Below are positions 46,201 to 53,581 of a DNA stretch of 64,000 bases, in pieces. This stretch comes from a virus (lineage: Duplodnaviria; Caudoviricetes). The translations under genes were made by a program, and so were the position numbers. The stretch lies in the IMG/VR virus record IMGVR_UViG_3300023218_000040, positions 64,001 to 128,000 of that record; one strand, 5' to 3'. Position 1 is the stretch's first letter. Each line of letters starts with the position of its first letter. The notes under the pieces were generated by a model. The model did not search any database and was not told where the DNA came from. It saw nothing but the letters and a program-made list of their open reading frames with translations.

Positions 46201-47512
46201 GCACGCTGTGGCCCGTAGCCTGCGTACTCTAAACAGCCCCGGCGGTCCATTCGACCCACGCTCTCAGATGATTGGGTGCACAGACCCGAATGACCCACTA
46301 GGAGGTCGCCCGGAGGAGCGTATCGTCACCGATGTGTGTGACAGTGTAAACATTTGCGTCATCAATGATCCATCTGATGCTTTGGCTGGATGGGATGCTA
46401 CTCCATGGGATGTTATTCCATGGGATATCGCTCCTGGTGACGTTGGTAGAAGGGTGTTTATTGTCAGTGTTGGTAAGCAGATTGAAGTTCCTGCTGGTAC
46501 TGAGATGTTCGCAACCAGCGAAGACATCACGGTAGTCGATCCGTTCGCTATCATTGGAACTGAACCTCAGTCCTTTAATCTCGCTCAGGTCGAACAGCAG
46601 AAGGGTGGCATAGGACCATTTAATGTTCTTACCGAGGGAGTCGAGTACGAGTCTTTGGGTATCTTCATGAATGGTATCCGAACTAAGATTCCATCAGATC
46701 AAGAATTCGTAACCGATGGTGCAACGCAGCAGTTCCAGACTACAATGGACACTGAAATTGCCGCCGTGTACCTGGATGGTTTCTTACAGGTGGAAGGCGT
46801 AGATTATACCCTTGATGTGCAACGAATGGAGATTACATTCACCGTTGTACCAACGCCAAATCGTTTGGTTAAGGCTGCATTCCTACCGTACATCGAGGCA
46901 GGAGACGTAATCAGATATCGATTCAATGGTTGGCCACTTGGTCCAGAAGGACGATTCACTGTTGGAACGTTGGTTGGTGGATTGACCGGTTTGCCGTACG
47001 ACATATTTCGTGGACAATTCACGTTCGATTCTCTACCACCGGCAAACGAGTTCTTTACCATTCAGTTTACCGAACCTAGATTGAATGGTCTACCGGAGTC
47101 TATTTTGGTCCGTATGCCAGAGATCGTTGCCGATATTTTGGATAACCATGAATCGTATGATGAACCGAATGGGTTCAATCAGTTCCGTCCAGTCGGAACC
47201 CGTATCATCAACAGTACAACGAATGAGATTTACATATGGAATGGCACCATGTGGAACCTGGATGCTGCATTGGCAATTGGTACACAAGTTTTCGTGACGA
47301 GAACTCAAGAGATTTGGCAGTTCAATGGTGTTGCCTTCTTTAAGGTGTTTGATGTTGGTGACACCTTCACCAAACCACCGGTTCTAGATTATCCACTATT
47401 TGGCCGTGGAATCACCTTCGGAACCTATGCTTTTGGTCAATCTGTTAATGCAAATGTGGAATATCCGGATGCTTACCAAGTCATTCAGCATTCTGGGGAT
47501 TGCCCACCGTAA
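37232..47512 (+). CDS. Giant virion baseplate protein (3426 aa; gp7-like position)
   Basis: Follows the gp6-like gene under a late promoter; YAWTPPIDYDK.INFSRYRW, HPWE..GY..EP.WW, W..W...L.Y and TKPFRTKIR motifs; beta-rich inserts. Confidence 0.75.
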   Translation: MAKQRRVFNNYPESLRTRQNNRETFIADDPLFEPEQANFLNGFIGDVSVLTDEDLARKPVVLEMTPERQKYQLSVGANFIDPDSQERVSAAFYTDMINQIEANGGFVDDPNRVFATNFYAWTPPIDYDKHINFSRYRWVGVGSADVQGEFITIEPSHSKTVIYEWDGSNMQQRNVSIVNGLPPIEPDGTFVEDASVAERFIYRSNGVIWVLLNLDMVPVIPTQTATLDIPSYFYVTRTGPEFNRPLVWKYSGDAGRWIPQPVIVSSEEPETIRDGMVWEDVRVGSERVLKVAANGAFSDLIYTASDGPPGAPGTDGEYIYDTRNFSDLDPNSWEANNWWRHHEDLSPEDAARAGEDQATRPIIEFWNGLEQVVGDVRDGRNDSPVFKKFAYDVGIDTIIDTGEGTTIFEYQRGSGRDDFVLGFPLVFNDTGEFIFELTLETDTSSFIGYKYFLDTNTNVTHGIWFKSDVLTNQEQDVNGIYEIPVGISSNPDHDILTAPSRSRMLGHMTSIMKAQSTFSGSEFGLNSYRWTNRNPTIGSTIIDAEQTHLRTLATLQRTSLDVPNSIRTMAKEYNKVLFRFTNRLNQYWNELRFNTGSGTLTVTAAEAVDGILTSMFIGRNEDFPFYLSDMGTYLETTIEAGVPTVINPDPRPIFIAPSAARVGASPCFVPDTFEDRDGVTRLRGHEGMIVPSFGDERDLVWLELQNRFFASVPTRKCSETSSFSSRFSRSNFFLQDFYGNFVPNTSTDPVDDVVTDYNAIVGPADGLRVFSAIQAVIAVFSGGQWLLREALTDEVFLNLNDNEYYIFNGQSVNLIDRWNNPFDFDYTTNEFREIVRRDFERFILFREQDFSENITFDEPDRFTWNYRSAGVEGHYLGIYRRIYNTVRPHSHPWEVMGYFIEPDWWRTQYVPDSTAADGTPRYGSAHSMWADFAAGVVDHPSGPIQRDKFVITAPVPVDASGNLLDPIAAGVVDESKVDKERIDDIWVYGDGAPEEQKFLDSPFNSFSVSLAGYLMKNGIWMDTLWSEIYIGIGEGQVFRAPHVINQTTLTRPAISILPVHLETDSDGNRVQSIGVNAWISEFVNINGGSPNTDFSRVVRNTSPALSWKTSGFINKNRTVISTLSRNEIPFTDVHVLLHKSQPIKSTFCSGVLITRESPNGFRVFGFDQFDPFFTVERPAVPIVGGQVILTEEFTVDFIDNSDPTITGGSVYPNQTLQRTFEVTEFSLPRSGTALDTARLSVIINGLRIKPQFLEVDPDANTVTVDEIIELQEGDEVSVQVVTTQSNPSTQTRQFIVNDVAFPYFVTGTGEFERIEYGRFFETATEVINFMIGYGRFLVSEGWVFDDISEAGSTRDWLLGAQRFARWVLEVQTPWNPNPQLDVLDEDLFFYSPIQNNAKFVSEFGQGQNIESIMNGAFGIVNRRSEPIETDQTFVSRIDDEVTVARVDTSNTDSEIYGLRVNLNEVEHVVLFSNITRFNDIVYDPVSGLAQSTLIVDSYRTLNWEGRAEANGYIIDGGTLLPNFEKQAFDITRLYDRFRTVDNVTKREQARNLYGFVPANQSRFNDPTKSLRERVTSDSSQYMIPIGAADRSRFDFSRGMIQANGTVRPIFAFARGSTIGRDNFFISEDWAWKLQEYGDTRRQTVQIKVDKSDFRDEVQTIQFGGPVVVTNNTIEVPDFNRNDLEADGDRWILPPEACEFGSPCNLKFPIDRNTGLIDVNHYAYYATLYDTESDISIIDHFHYDPEIDRFEPSARSLIDYETPLDPARYNTIPARPETTFIDMTMVNGSTLTINQDGDYFDISSTTARYRFWFSVSNVETTNVITPAGSTFAVDTTPGGGTVAGQVWTLNEAPTDDPHHVWYSVEDSEVSSVTFTGVSGSDFTVPHLIETQTEADYNGVGQNGIFEGGSGYAVADTITLSDGSVLTVDSETAGVIDGFTVTTTGSISIPLSGSQLTQTSTSGSGTGFTLTPRGNNILIVGDFFTVGVPGGFYHVWFDILDSNIDPLPSGSLASARVALNGSEDDLEIATIVADVINNFQDGNVFSTNIPQPGFEVVEITNLEVGASSDIATDVAATTPAGVTFATITQGNGPNADPATTANGHKVAINATDSGIDIATKTAAVLAAVDAFAETLSVNSTVTVVNSESGNVTDAVDIDAGVMISITQNGSGSLNTAPPSGGNTLVEVAVISSDTNVNVATKLVTALQSADTDFADSSNTEGVSPIVRVTLVTAGRVMNANVGLFLTPPIITVRSGNDATPSANPWGAEQIGCLWWRPARKLFIDYRRISPDYESMSAVWGKPLFYKSTITRTNDVAEVELFQFDDHDRNGIPADLNAELGLKDGDEFVISIRGADQPEYNLTNVTATVASATTGLLQFEIATNPVSPGTGDIEVVFGHMDIYEWVESMVPPQEWVDFVSDLDDPTHPNGTPLNVDEPSFVEIEEELADGRTRNLYYFWVLNSTGDNTKNALPVEGDPGKEFTSFEISQRLTNPTARGLAWFAPINESHMYIHTDGEKVLDDYGIQINIDSRCMQTHHEFVLVSENNQFFPIPEQIVEKMIDSLSGQDAKGNTVPSPLLEVTERFGSCFFPIQTVFPGREAAVDVYVTAINRILSRRDLTGTDGLLSIFQLDEEYDETTNPTGFWQRAPFEDPSIDDLTPLETVATIAERDRRLSFGFYVEGDLVRVVDSGFIDAWDGSSVAATFQLRDTEFFQVSIDNKTAALNDNVDNNVTRFRSLFGQIYDLLLERIEQNELIFSLLNEMLIQNPDPTCDWFFKTSYVTTQTFTSIDTSPFVRPDEVAAIRDALLSTKPFRTKIRGDINTIGGINDDTPVEILEFPDQKITLVADRLSCNLLDDCGWDTFAWDTRDLPCDRWDLATWDLQNLGREEFYLVEQIVGSNVQTVFEIDALFDPTLYEVKVEVRQNGVLQPNLANQITIDKRHDKIIIDTQFALGPTFTVDVLQAQGFYGDNDPTFIGTTIEDTLFQPAPSDYKHAVARSLRTLNSPGGPFDPRSQMIGCTDPNDPLGGRPEERIVTDVCDSVNICVINDPSDALAGWDATPWDVIPWDIAPGDVGRRVFIVSVGKQIEVPAGTEMFATSEDITVVDPFAIIGTEPQSFNLAQVEQQKGGIGPFNVLTEGVEYESLGIFMNGIRTKIPSDQEFVTDGATQQFQTTMDTEIAAVYLDGFLQVEGVDYTLDVQRMEITFTVVPTPNRLVKAAFLPYIEAGDVIRYRFNGWPLGPEGRFTVGTLVGGLTGLPYDIFRGQFTFDSLPPANEFFTIQFTEPRLNGLPESILVRMPEIVADILDNHESYDEPNGFNQFRPVGTRIINSTTNEIYIWNGTMWNLDAALAIGTQVFVTRTQEIWQFNGVAFFKVFDVGDTFTKPPVLDYPLFGRGITFGTYAFGQSVNANVEYPDAYQVIQHSGDCPP

Positions 47513-47515
47513 ATA
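47509..47515 (+). promoter_or_regulatory. Late promoter motif GTAAATA
   Basis: Overlaps the stop of the giant gene; 21 nt upstream of ATG 47537. Confidence 0.6.
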
Positions 47516-47536
47516 TGAGTAACTTGGGGATTGAAT

Positions 47537-48145
47537 ATGGCTAAGCTGTCAGAAGAAATCAAAATCCGAATCGAAGGTCACGTCAAGATCGTGGAGTATT
47601 TGTCACGAGACGACATCGGTGCTGAGGATAAGGGAAAGGTACTGCTGAACAAGCGCAACGCTATCCACAATGAAAATGCATCGATTGTCATTGCTCGTGG
47701 TCTTGCAAACCGTGAAAACGGCTCGGTGTACACCATGCACTTTGGAACTGGCGGTGCAACCATCGATCCCCTTGGAAATATCAGCTTTGCAACTCCGAAT
47801 ACTGTTGGTGCGGCTGACCTGAATGTACCAGTGTACTTCGAAGTAGTAGACGACACTCTGGATGCCCCCGATGGTAATCAGATGGCTGTCAGGCACATCA
47901 ATGGCACACTATTCTCTGATGTAGAGATTCGCTGTGTTATTGACAAGGATGAGCCATTTGGACAACAGGCATTCGATAATGTGGGATTCAACATTAATGA
48001 TGACTCACAATTCGTGTTTGACGAGATTGGACTGAAGAGTGAGGACGGATTACTGATTACACACATTACGTTTTCACCAATTCAGAAGTCAGCAAATCGC
48101 ATAATCGAAGTAGTTTATTCCTTACGTGTGAGAATTTGTGAATAA
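47537..48145 (+). CDS. Virion structural / baseplate protein
   Basis: IEGHVKI..NKRNAIH.EN, FVFDEIGL...LITHITFSPIQKSANR.IEVVY.LRV. Confidence 0.7.
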   Translation: MAKLSEEIKIRIEGHVKIVEYLSRDDIGAEDKGKVLLNKRNAIHNENASIVIARGLANRENGSVYTMHFGTGGATIDPLGNISFATPNTVGAADLNVPVYFEVVDDTLDAPDGNQMAVRHINGTLFSDVEIRCVIDKDEPFGQQAFDNVGFNINDDSQFVFDEIGLKSEDGLLITHITFSPIQKSANRIIEVVYSLRVRICE

Positions 48146-49633
48146 GTGTTGGCTGAAAGGTTCGGAATACCTGTGGGTAATATGAAGAAAGGAACATTAC
48201 AACGCAAGGAATGGGAATTCATTACACGGTCTACTGATGTTCACGGCGGTAAGTACGATTATTCTCTCGTTCGGTATGTCGATAATAAGACACCAGTGAC
48301 GATCATTTGTTCGCAGCATGGTCCTTTTGAGCAAACGCCACAAAAGCACAAAATAGGACAGGGATGTGTTCAATGCAGTAAAGGGAAACTTGACACTGCG
48401 TCATTTATTGAGAGGTCTATGGAGGTTCACGGTAAACGATATGATTATAGCAACGTAGTATATCGAAACAGCAAAACAAAAGTTAGAATTGGATGTCCTA
48501 AACATGGTGAATTCGAACAACGTGCTAGTTCACATCTGTATGGAAATGGTTGCAATGATTGTGCTAATGAATTGGTATCCAACAAGTTCAAGTTAGGGAA
48601 AGACGAGTTCATTCGTCGTAGTCGGAGTATTCATGGTGATCGTTATTATTATGATGATGTTGAATATACGGGAATTTTTGACAACGTAGCGATCTTATGT
48701 TCGGAACATGGAGTCTTTTATCAGACGCCAGATTGTCACTTGAAGGGGTACAATTGCCCTAAATGTTCAGGTCGAATATCTCAGCATGAAACTAAAATCG
48801 GGAATTTTATAGAAGATTTAGGCTTTGATGTGGTCCGTAATTCTCGTTCATTGATTCCTCCGTATGAGATAGACATTTATATTCCTGAGAGAGATCTAGG
48901 GATAGAGTTTTGCGGACTGCACTGGCACCGTGAGGATGCAAAAGGAAAAACATACCATTCTGACAAGAAAAGAATATTCGATGGTAGATTAATAACCATA
49001 TTTGAAGATGAGTGGCTTACGAAACGTGATGCGGTGGAATCTATTATAAGAAATGCTCTTGGTGTATCCAGACGTGGAGTGCCCGGGCGGAAAACAATAG
49101 TAGAAGAAGTATCGTATTCAGATGTATCTTGGTTTTTTGATCGTTATCATATTCAAGGTGCATCTAGAGGTTCTGTTCATCTTGCAGCGGTTGATGGAAG
49201 TGGTGGAATGGTTGCTGCTATGACATTCTCTAAACCACAACGACAATCTAGATATCAATGGGAACTTAGTCGATACGTGACTGACGGTGATATTCATGCG
49301 GGGTTGGCCACGAAGATGTTTTCTCAATTTCAAAAACTATATGCCCCGGTATCCGTAGTCACTTTTGCTGACCGACGATGGTTCGATGGTGGAGTTTATG
49401 AACGAATGGGGTTCGTTCTGGATGGATTAGTACCTGTGGATTATCACTATGTCAAGCATGACAGACGTTACCACAAATCGGCATTCAGAAAGGCAAACAT
49501 AGCCAAAAAGTTTGGTATTCCTATTGATGGTTTTACAGAAAAGGAGTTAATGGAATCCCAGGGATACAGCAGGATTTGGGATTGCGGAAAAGTTAGATAT
49601 GTGTTCACTACAAGAAACCTATTATCCGAGTAA
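48146..49633 (+). CDS. Second Hef-like homing endonuclease / Mom-like GNAT fusion
   Basis: Same architecture as 2325-3785 (HG..YDYS repeats, EIDIY...GIEFCGLHWH, WELSRY...VVTFADRRW...RIWDCG); start uncertain (GTG 48146 or ATG 48182). Confidence 0.7.
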   Translation: MLAERFGIPVGNMKKGTLQRKEWEFITRSTDVHGGKYDYSLVRYVDNKTPVTIICSQHGPFEQTPQKHKIGQGCVQCSKGKLDTASFIERSMEVHGKRYDYSNVVYRNSKTKVRIGCPKHGEFEQRASSHLYGNGCNDCANELVSNKFKLGKDEFIRRSRSIHGDRYYYDDVEYTGIFDNVAILCSEHGVFYQTPDCHLKGYNCPKCSGRISQHETKIGNFIEDLGFDVVRNSRSLIPPYEIDIYIPERDLGIEFCGLHWHREDAKGKTYHSDKKRIFDGRLITIFEDEWLTKRDAVESIIRNALGVSRRGVPGRKTIVEEVSYSDVSWFFDRYHIQGASRGSVHLAAVDGSGGMVAAMTFSKPQRQSRYQWELSRYVTDGDIHAGLATKMFSQFQKLYAPVSVVTFADRRWFDGGVYERMGFVLDGLVPVDYHYVKHDRRYHKSAFRKANIAKKFGIPIDGFTEKELMESQGYSRIWDCGKVRYVFTTRNLLSE

Positions 49634-49636
49634 ATA
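49630..49636 (+). promoter_or_regulatory. Late promoter motif GTAAATA for the tail fibre genes
   Basis: 24 nt upstream of ATG 49661. Confidence 0.65.
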
Positions 49637-49660
49637 TGAATAACAGAGGTCGAAAACAAT

Positions 49661-50323
49661 ATGCCAGCCATTAACATCACGAATAGCCGAGGAGTAGTTG
49701 TAGCAACCATCAACGTGGGTACCACGTCTGGTACTGCTTTCCCTGTAGAGATTCAAGGGCAAGGAATTAGCCCGTACGGACCCATCTACGGCGATACGAT
49801 CTACCATCTACTGGAGAACTTCGCACGGGATACTGAGCCAACTAACCCGGTCGAAGGTATGGATTGGTATAAGGAAGACATTCAGATTCCACATTTCTAT
49901 AATGGAACCAAGTTCGTCCCGTACATCACAGGAGCGACAGGAGCTACTGGTCTATTCAATATGCTTCCTACTGCTGAAAATGTAGATTTCACCACCACCG
50001 GGCTAACAGATATCTTCACTGCGCCATCAGATGGAACCACGTGGCATCCAACGATGGTCATTCTGTATCCACGTGCGGTAGTTGATGTCACCGATCCAGC
50101 GCAATTCAACCTACGAATTGCTTCGGACGAGGATGTCATGGAAAATGCAATCGTTAACAACCCCACGACTGAAACTCACTTTTCATATCAGATTATGGGT
50201 AGAACTCGCTTTGTAAGCGATGCAGAAACAATCCAGCTTAATGTTCAACAAGCCGCAATGGGTGGCGGATCTCTTGATTTGAGATTCGATGTATTTCTAT
50301 TCGGTTGGAACAAGCAGGTGTAA
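49661..50323 (+). CDS. Tail/baseplate fibre-associated structural protein
   Basis: IYHLLENFA...P.NPVEG.DWY motif followed by a beta-rich C-terminus. Confidence 0.65.
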   Translation: MPAINITNSRGVVVATINVGTTSGTAFPVEIQGQGISPYGPIYGDTIYHLLENFARDTEPTNPVEGMDWYKEDIQIPHFYNGTKFVPYITGATGATGLFNMLPTAENVDFTTTGLTDIFTAPSDGTTWHPTMVILYPRAVVDVTDPAQFNLRIASDEDVMENAIVNNPTTETHFSYQIMGRTRFVSDAETIQLNVQQAAMGGGSLDLRFDVFLFGWNKQV

Positions 50324-50335
50324 GGGCAAAGGATA

Positions 50336-51937
50336 ATGGCAATCGTACTCATTCCATATGGACAACTACAAAGTGGTAGACTAGGCATCGCAGTTGATGA
50401 CGTTAGTGGTCAGCCGATTGCCAGTGCTATCGAAGTTCAAGCTACTTTGCCGTTGATCGGTGATGCAGATAACTTTGATGGTCGAATGGTGTTTGCCATT
50501 GATACTCAGATCTTGTATGTATTCAAAGCTGGCGGTCCAGAATGGTTTCCGTTGGAGGGTATTCCAGTTGTGGTTGGTGTGTGTAGTGGTTCCCCTGCAC
50601 CAAATGGCCAGCCTAGACCTCCAGTTACTGGTAGCGAAGTCACCGGTACCATGTTTTATTGCACGGACACCGATGTAACGTTTGTATGGGATGGTGGAGT
50701 TTGGCAGCCAATTGGTGGTCGATTTGCTGGTCGTTGGATTGAGCAAAAGAACATTTCAACTGGTGTTGCTGGACCAAACGGAGACACCTTCGCTCTTGGT
50801 GGAACACCAGTCGCAGGAGAGTTTGTAGAGGTCTTCTTGGATGGTGTACGTCAAGTAAGAAACCCTGGTGGTGACTACAATGTAGTTGGTGCTAATGTTA
50901 TCTTTTCTGCACCAATTCCGGTTGATGTTGAGGTATTCACCCGCACATTCATTTCAACTGTTTTGGAGGGTCCAGCGATTCTTCCTAACACCCAGGTTAC
51001 CAATGTAAAGCACACTGCTGTCGTGGGTCAAACAGATTTTGATATTGGAATTCCGGCGGTAGAACCTAGTGGAGTATTTGTATTCGTTAATGGTCTGGTC
51101 CAGTGCGGTGGTGGAGTTGACTATTTGGTTAGCACTTCTGACACCACGATCACTAGTATTACTCGTTCCGGAACCACTGCTACGGCAACCACGTTGAACC
51201 CTCATGGAGCTAGCATTGGCTCAGATGTAGAAATCTCTGGTGCTACCGAATCCGATTATAATGGTACATTCACGATTACTGCTATTCCGACTGGCTCTAG
51301 TTTCCAGTTCACAATTCCAGTCACTGCCCCACTATCGGCTACCGGAAATCCGGTTATCTTCTACACTCCTCCATTTATCAATGATGAGATCATCTTCACT
51401 TCTCCGCTTTCTGGTGGAGAGCTTGTAGACATCCGGGTGTTCAAAAGCCTTGTGACAGCACCATCAGACGGAGAAGACAACACGGCATCTAATATCGGTA
51501 CTGGTGAAGGTATATTCTCGGCCAAGAGTGGCGTGGATCTGAGGTTCAAAACTCTTGAGGCTGGACCAAACATCAACATCGTTGATCTTGGAAATGAGCT
51601 TCAGATCTCGACTTCTGTTGGTGCGACCTTCGAGGGTCGTAACGGCATCAACACAAACTTGCATTTGCTTGCAGACACAGAGAGCTACATTGGCGTAAGA
51701 AATACGTCTTTTATTGTAACTATTGATGTGTCAACTGTGCCAGCAGGAACTGCTGGTTCTGGTCGTCGTGTAGTGATTACCGATGAATCGGGCGGTGCAG
51801 GAATAAACAACATTCTGATCTCACACGTAGGTGCCACGTTCAGCGGAGGAGCATCGCCGCTTATCATCAACACGAACCATGGTTCCAAGACCATCGTGTT
51901 TGATGGATCGAACTGGCACATCGTGGCAGAGACATAA
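50336..51937 (+). CDS. Tail fibre / baseplate structural protein with beta-sandwich repeats
   Basis: VFLDGVRQ..DY and VFVNGLVQ..DY repeats; ITSITRSGTTATATT..PHG..DYNGTFTIT insert. Confidence 0.7.
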   Translation: MAIVLIPYGQLQSGRLGIAVDDVSGQPIASAIEVQATLPLIGDADNFDGRMVFAIDTQILYVFKAGGPEWFPLEGIPVVVGVCSGSPAPNGQPRPPVTGSEVTGTMFYCTDTDVTFVWDGGVWQPIGGRFAGRWIEQKNISTGVAGPNGDTFALGGTPVAGEFVEVFLDGVRQVRNPGGDYNVVGANVIFSAPIPVDVEVFTRTFISTVLEGPAILPNTQVTNVKHTAVVGQTDFDIGIPAVEPSGVFVFVNGLVQCGGGVDYLVSTSDTTITSITRSGTTATATTLNPHGASIGSDVEISGATESDYNGTFTITAIPTGSSFQFTIPVTAPLSATGNPVIFYTPPFINDEIIFTSPLSGGELVDIRVFKSLVTAPSDGEDNTASNIGTGEGIFSAKSGVDLRFKTLEAGPNINIVDLGNELQISTSVGATFEGRNGINTNLHLLADTESYIGVRNTSFIVTIDVSTVPAGTAGSGRRVVITDESGGAGINNILISHVGATFSGGASPLIINTNHGSKTIVFDGSNWHIVAET

Positions 51938-51952
51938 TTGGAGATATAGAAC

Positions 51953-52585
51953 ATGGTAACCAGGACAACAAGAGATGTCATGGACTTGGGAGGACCGGGT
52001 GGAGTCAACCGTCCTATCACACTTGGTATTGATGTTGACGGAGACTGCGGTGCGAACTTTACCATCGATGGTGTAACCATTGGTGATACGGTCCCGTGTG
52101 ACGGAACATTCGTTAATTTGACTGCTACAAACTTAGTAGTCACTGGCACCATTGACGGGACTGGTGCTACTCTAATTGGTTCATGGCAAGCTACATACTC
52201 TGACATCGCTGAGAGATACCTTGCGGACAAGGAGTACGCTCCTGGAACTGTAGTGAAAATTGGTGGAGAAAAAGAAATCACCGCCACGACCCGTTCGGCA
52301 GATCCGGATGTGTTTGGTGTTATTTCCACTCAACCAGCGTACGTCTTGAATTCTGGCGAAGAGGGGCTATATTTGTCAGTGGTGCTGGTTGGTCGTATTC
52401 CAGTTCGAGTAGTCGGACCAGTAACAAAGGGTTCACGCATGATTGCTTCGAATGTTCCTGGTGTAGCACGGGCAGCCAAGGGTTCAGAGAAGGGATGCAA
52501 CGTACCAATCTTCGGTCGTTCATTGGAAGATGACGACCGTGAAGAAGAGCGTCTGGTAGAAGTAGCATTCGTAACCGTACGATAA
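51953..52585 (+). CDS. Tail fibre protein with peptidase G2/IMC-like autoproteolytic domain
   Basis: DIAERY....YAPGTVV.IGG...FGVIST.PAY.LN...VVLVGRIPVRV.G.V.KG..MI.S..PG.A. Confidence 0.65.
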   Translation: MVTRTTRDVMDLGGPGGVNRPITLGIDVDGDCGANFTIDGVTIGDTVPCDGTFVNLTATNLVVTGTIDGTGATLIGSWQATYSDIAERYLADKEYAPGTVVKIGGEKEITATTRSADPDVFGVISTQPAYVLNSGEEGLYLSVVLVGRIPVRVVGPVTKGSRMIASNVPGVARAAKGSEKGCNVPIFGRSLEDDDREEERLVEVAFVTVR

Positions 52586-52595
52586 GAGGTTCAAG

Positions 52596-53546
52596 ATGGC
52601 GTACGTATTAGACGGTCTCATCGAGGCGATTGACTATAACACATTCAGTGACGATACTGATTTCACCTATGGTGTTGGTAACGGAGATTCTGGTTACGGA
52701 CAGACCGATTTTCCATTAATCAACGTTCCTGTAGGCAAGTTGGTTGAAGCCCAGGAATGGGAAGATTTGGTCAATGCTATCTCTACCTGCGCCGTTCACC
52801 AGGGCACTATCACCACACCCAATCCATTTACTGGTCTACTTCCGGAAGTTGCTGCGGGTGAGGTTGTTGAAGCCCACGAGTCTGATCCTCCAACTAGTGA
52901 CCCTGTTGATTTGGATAGCACAATTGCTCTCATTCAGACCAATCGCTTGAACTTTGATACTGGATCGGTAACGGTATTCACAGATCAACTTGTTAGCATT
53001 CGTGCTGCTGCATGGTCAAGTTCCATTCAACATCGTTTCACTGTCACTTTCGCAAACGCTGATCAAGCCCGTTATTACTTTAATTCTGGTGGTCAGGTTC
53101 GTATTCGTGGTTCTCGTAGCGGTGGTGCAGCCACCCCGCAGAATACAAGTTGGACCACACTGCTATCCAGCATGGGAACAGTCATCATGGGCGTACATGG
53201 TACGACCAGCACCGGTTCCGCAGACTTCATTGCATCCGGTGTCGGATACTTTGAGTTGACGACTGGCTTTCAGACCATCTTCAGTCTTGCCAGCACTGGC
53301 GCATATGCTGCCAACATGGTGACCATCGAGGCTCGCACTATGGACCCAACTCCGGTTGGAGCCAATAATGACAACGGTCGTCGTTTGGAGTTCCGTGTGA
53401 CTTACACTGATGCACATACCAACTCATTCTTTGATAGCGTGTCTGGAACTATTACGTCAAACGTAGACCTACAGCGAGCAACTTTCCCGTTGACAATTGC
53501 TGCTCCATCATTAGCAACTGTTGTTCCTCTGACCTCTGGCGGATAA
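52596..53546 (+). CDS. Virion structural protein
   Basis: GYGQT...VEAQEWEDL, FTVTFANADQARYYFNSGG; Thr/Ser/Gly-rich. Confidence 0.7.
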   Translation: MAYVLDGLIEAIDYNTFSDDTDFTYGVGNGDSGYGQTDFPLINVPVGKLVEAQEWEDLVNAISTCAVHQGTITTPNPFTGLLPEVAAGEVVEAHESDPPTSDPVDLDSTIALIQTNRLNFDTGSVTVFTDQLVSIRAAAWSSSIQHRFTVTFANADQARYYFNSGGQVRIRGSRSGGAATPQNTSWTTLLSSMGTVIMGVHGTTSTGSADFIASGVGYFELTTGFQTIFSLASTGAYAANMVTIEARTMDPTPVGANNDNGRRLEFRVTYTDAHTNSFFDSVSGTITSNVDLQRATFPLTIAAPSLATVVPLTSGG

Positions 53547-53547
53547 G

Positions 53548-53576
53548 GTTGAAACTCCACTAGTTTTGGAATATAT
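53548..53576 (+). promoter_or_regulatory. Possible RpoH-type promoter GTTGAA-N16-AATATAT at the head of the glycan cluster
   Basis: Weaker match; ATG 53582 follows 5 nt later. Confidence 0.35.
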
Positions 53577-53581
53577 TCTGG

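Noticed and set aside
51685-52329. 214-aa - strand ORF
   Set aside because: Antisense to two well-supported fibre genes.
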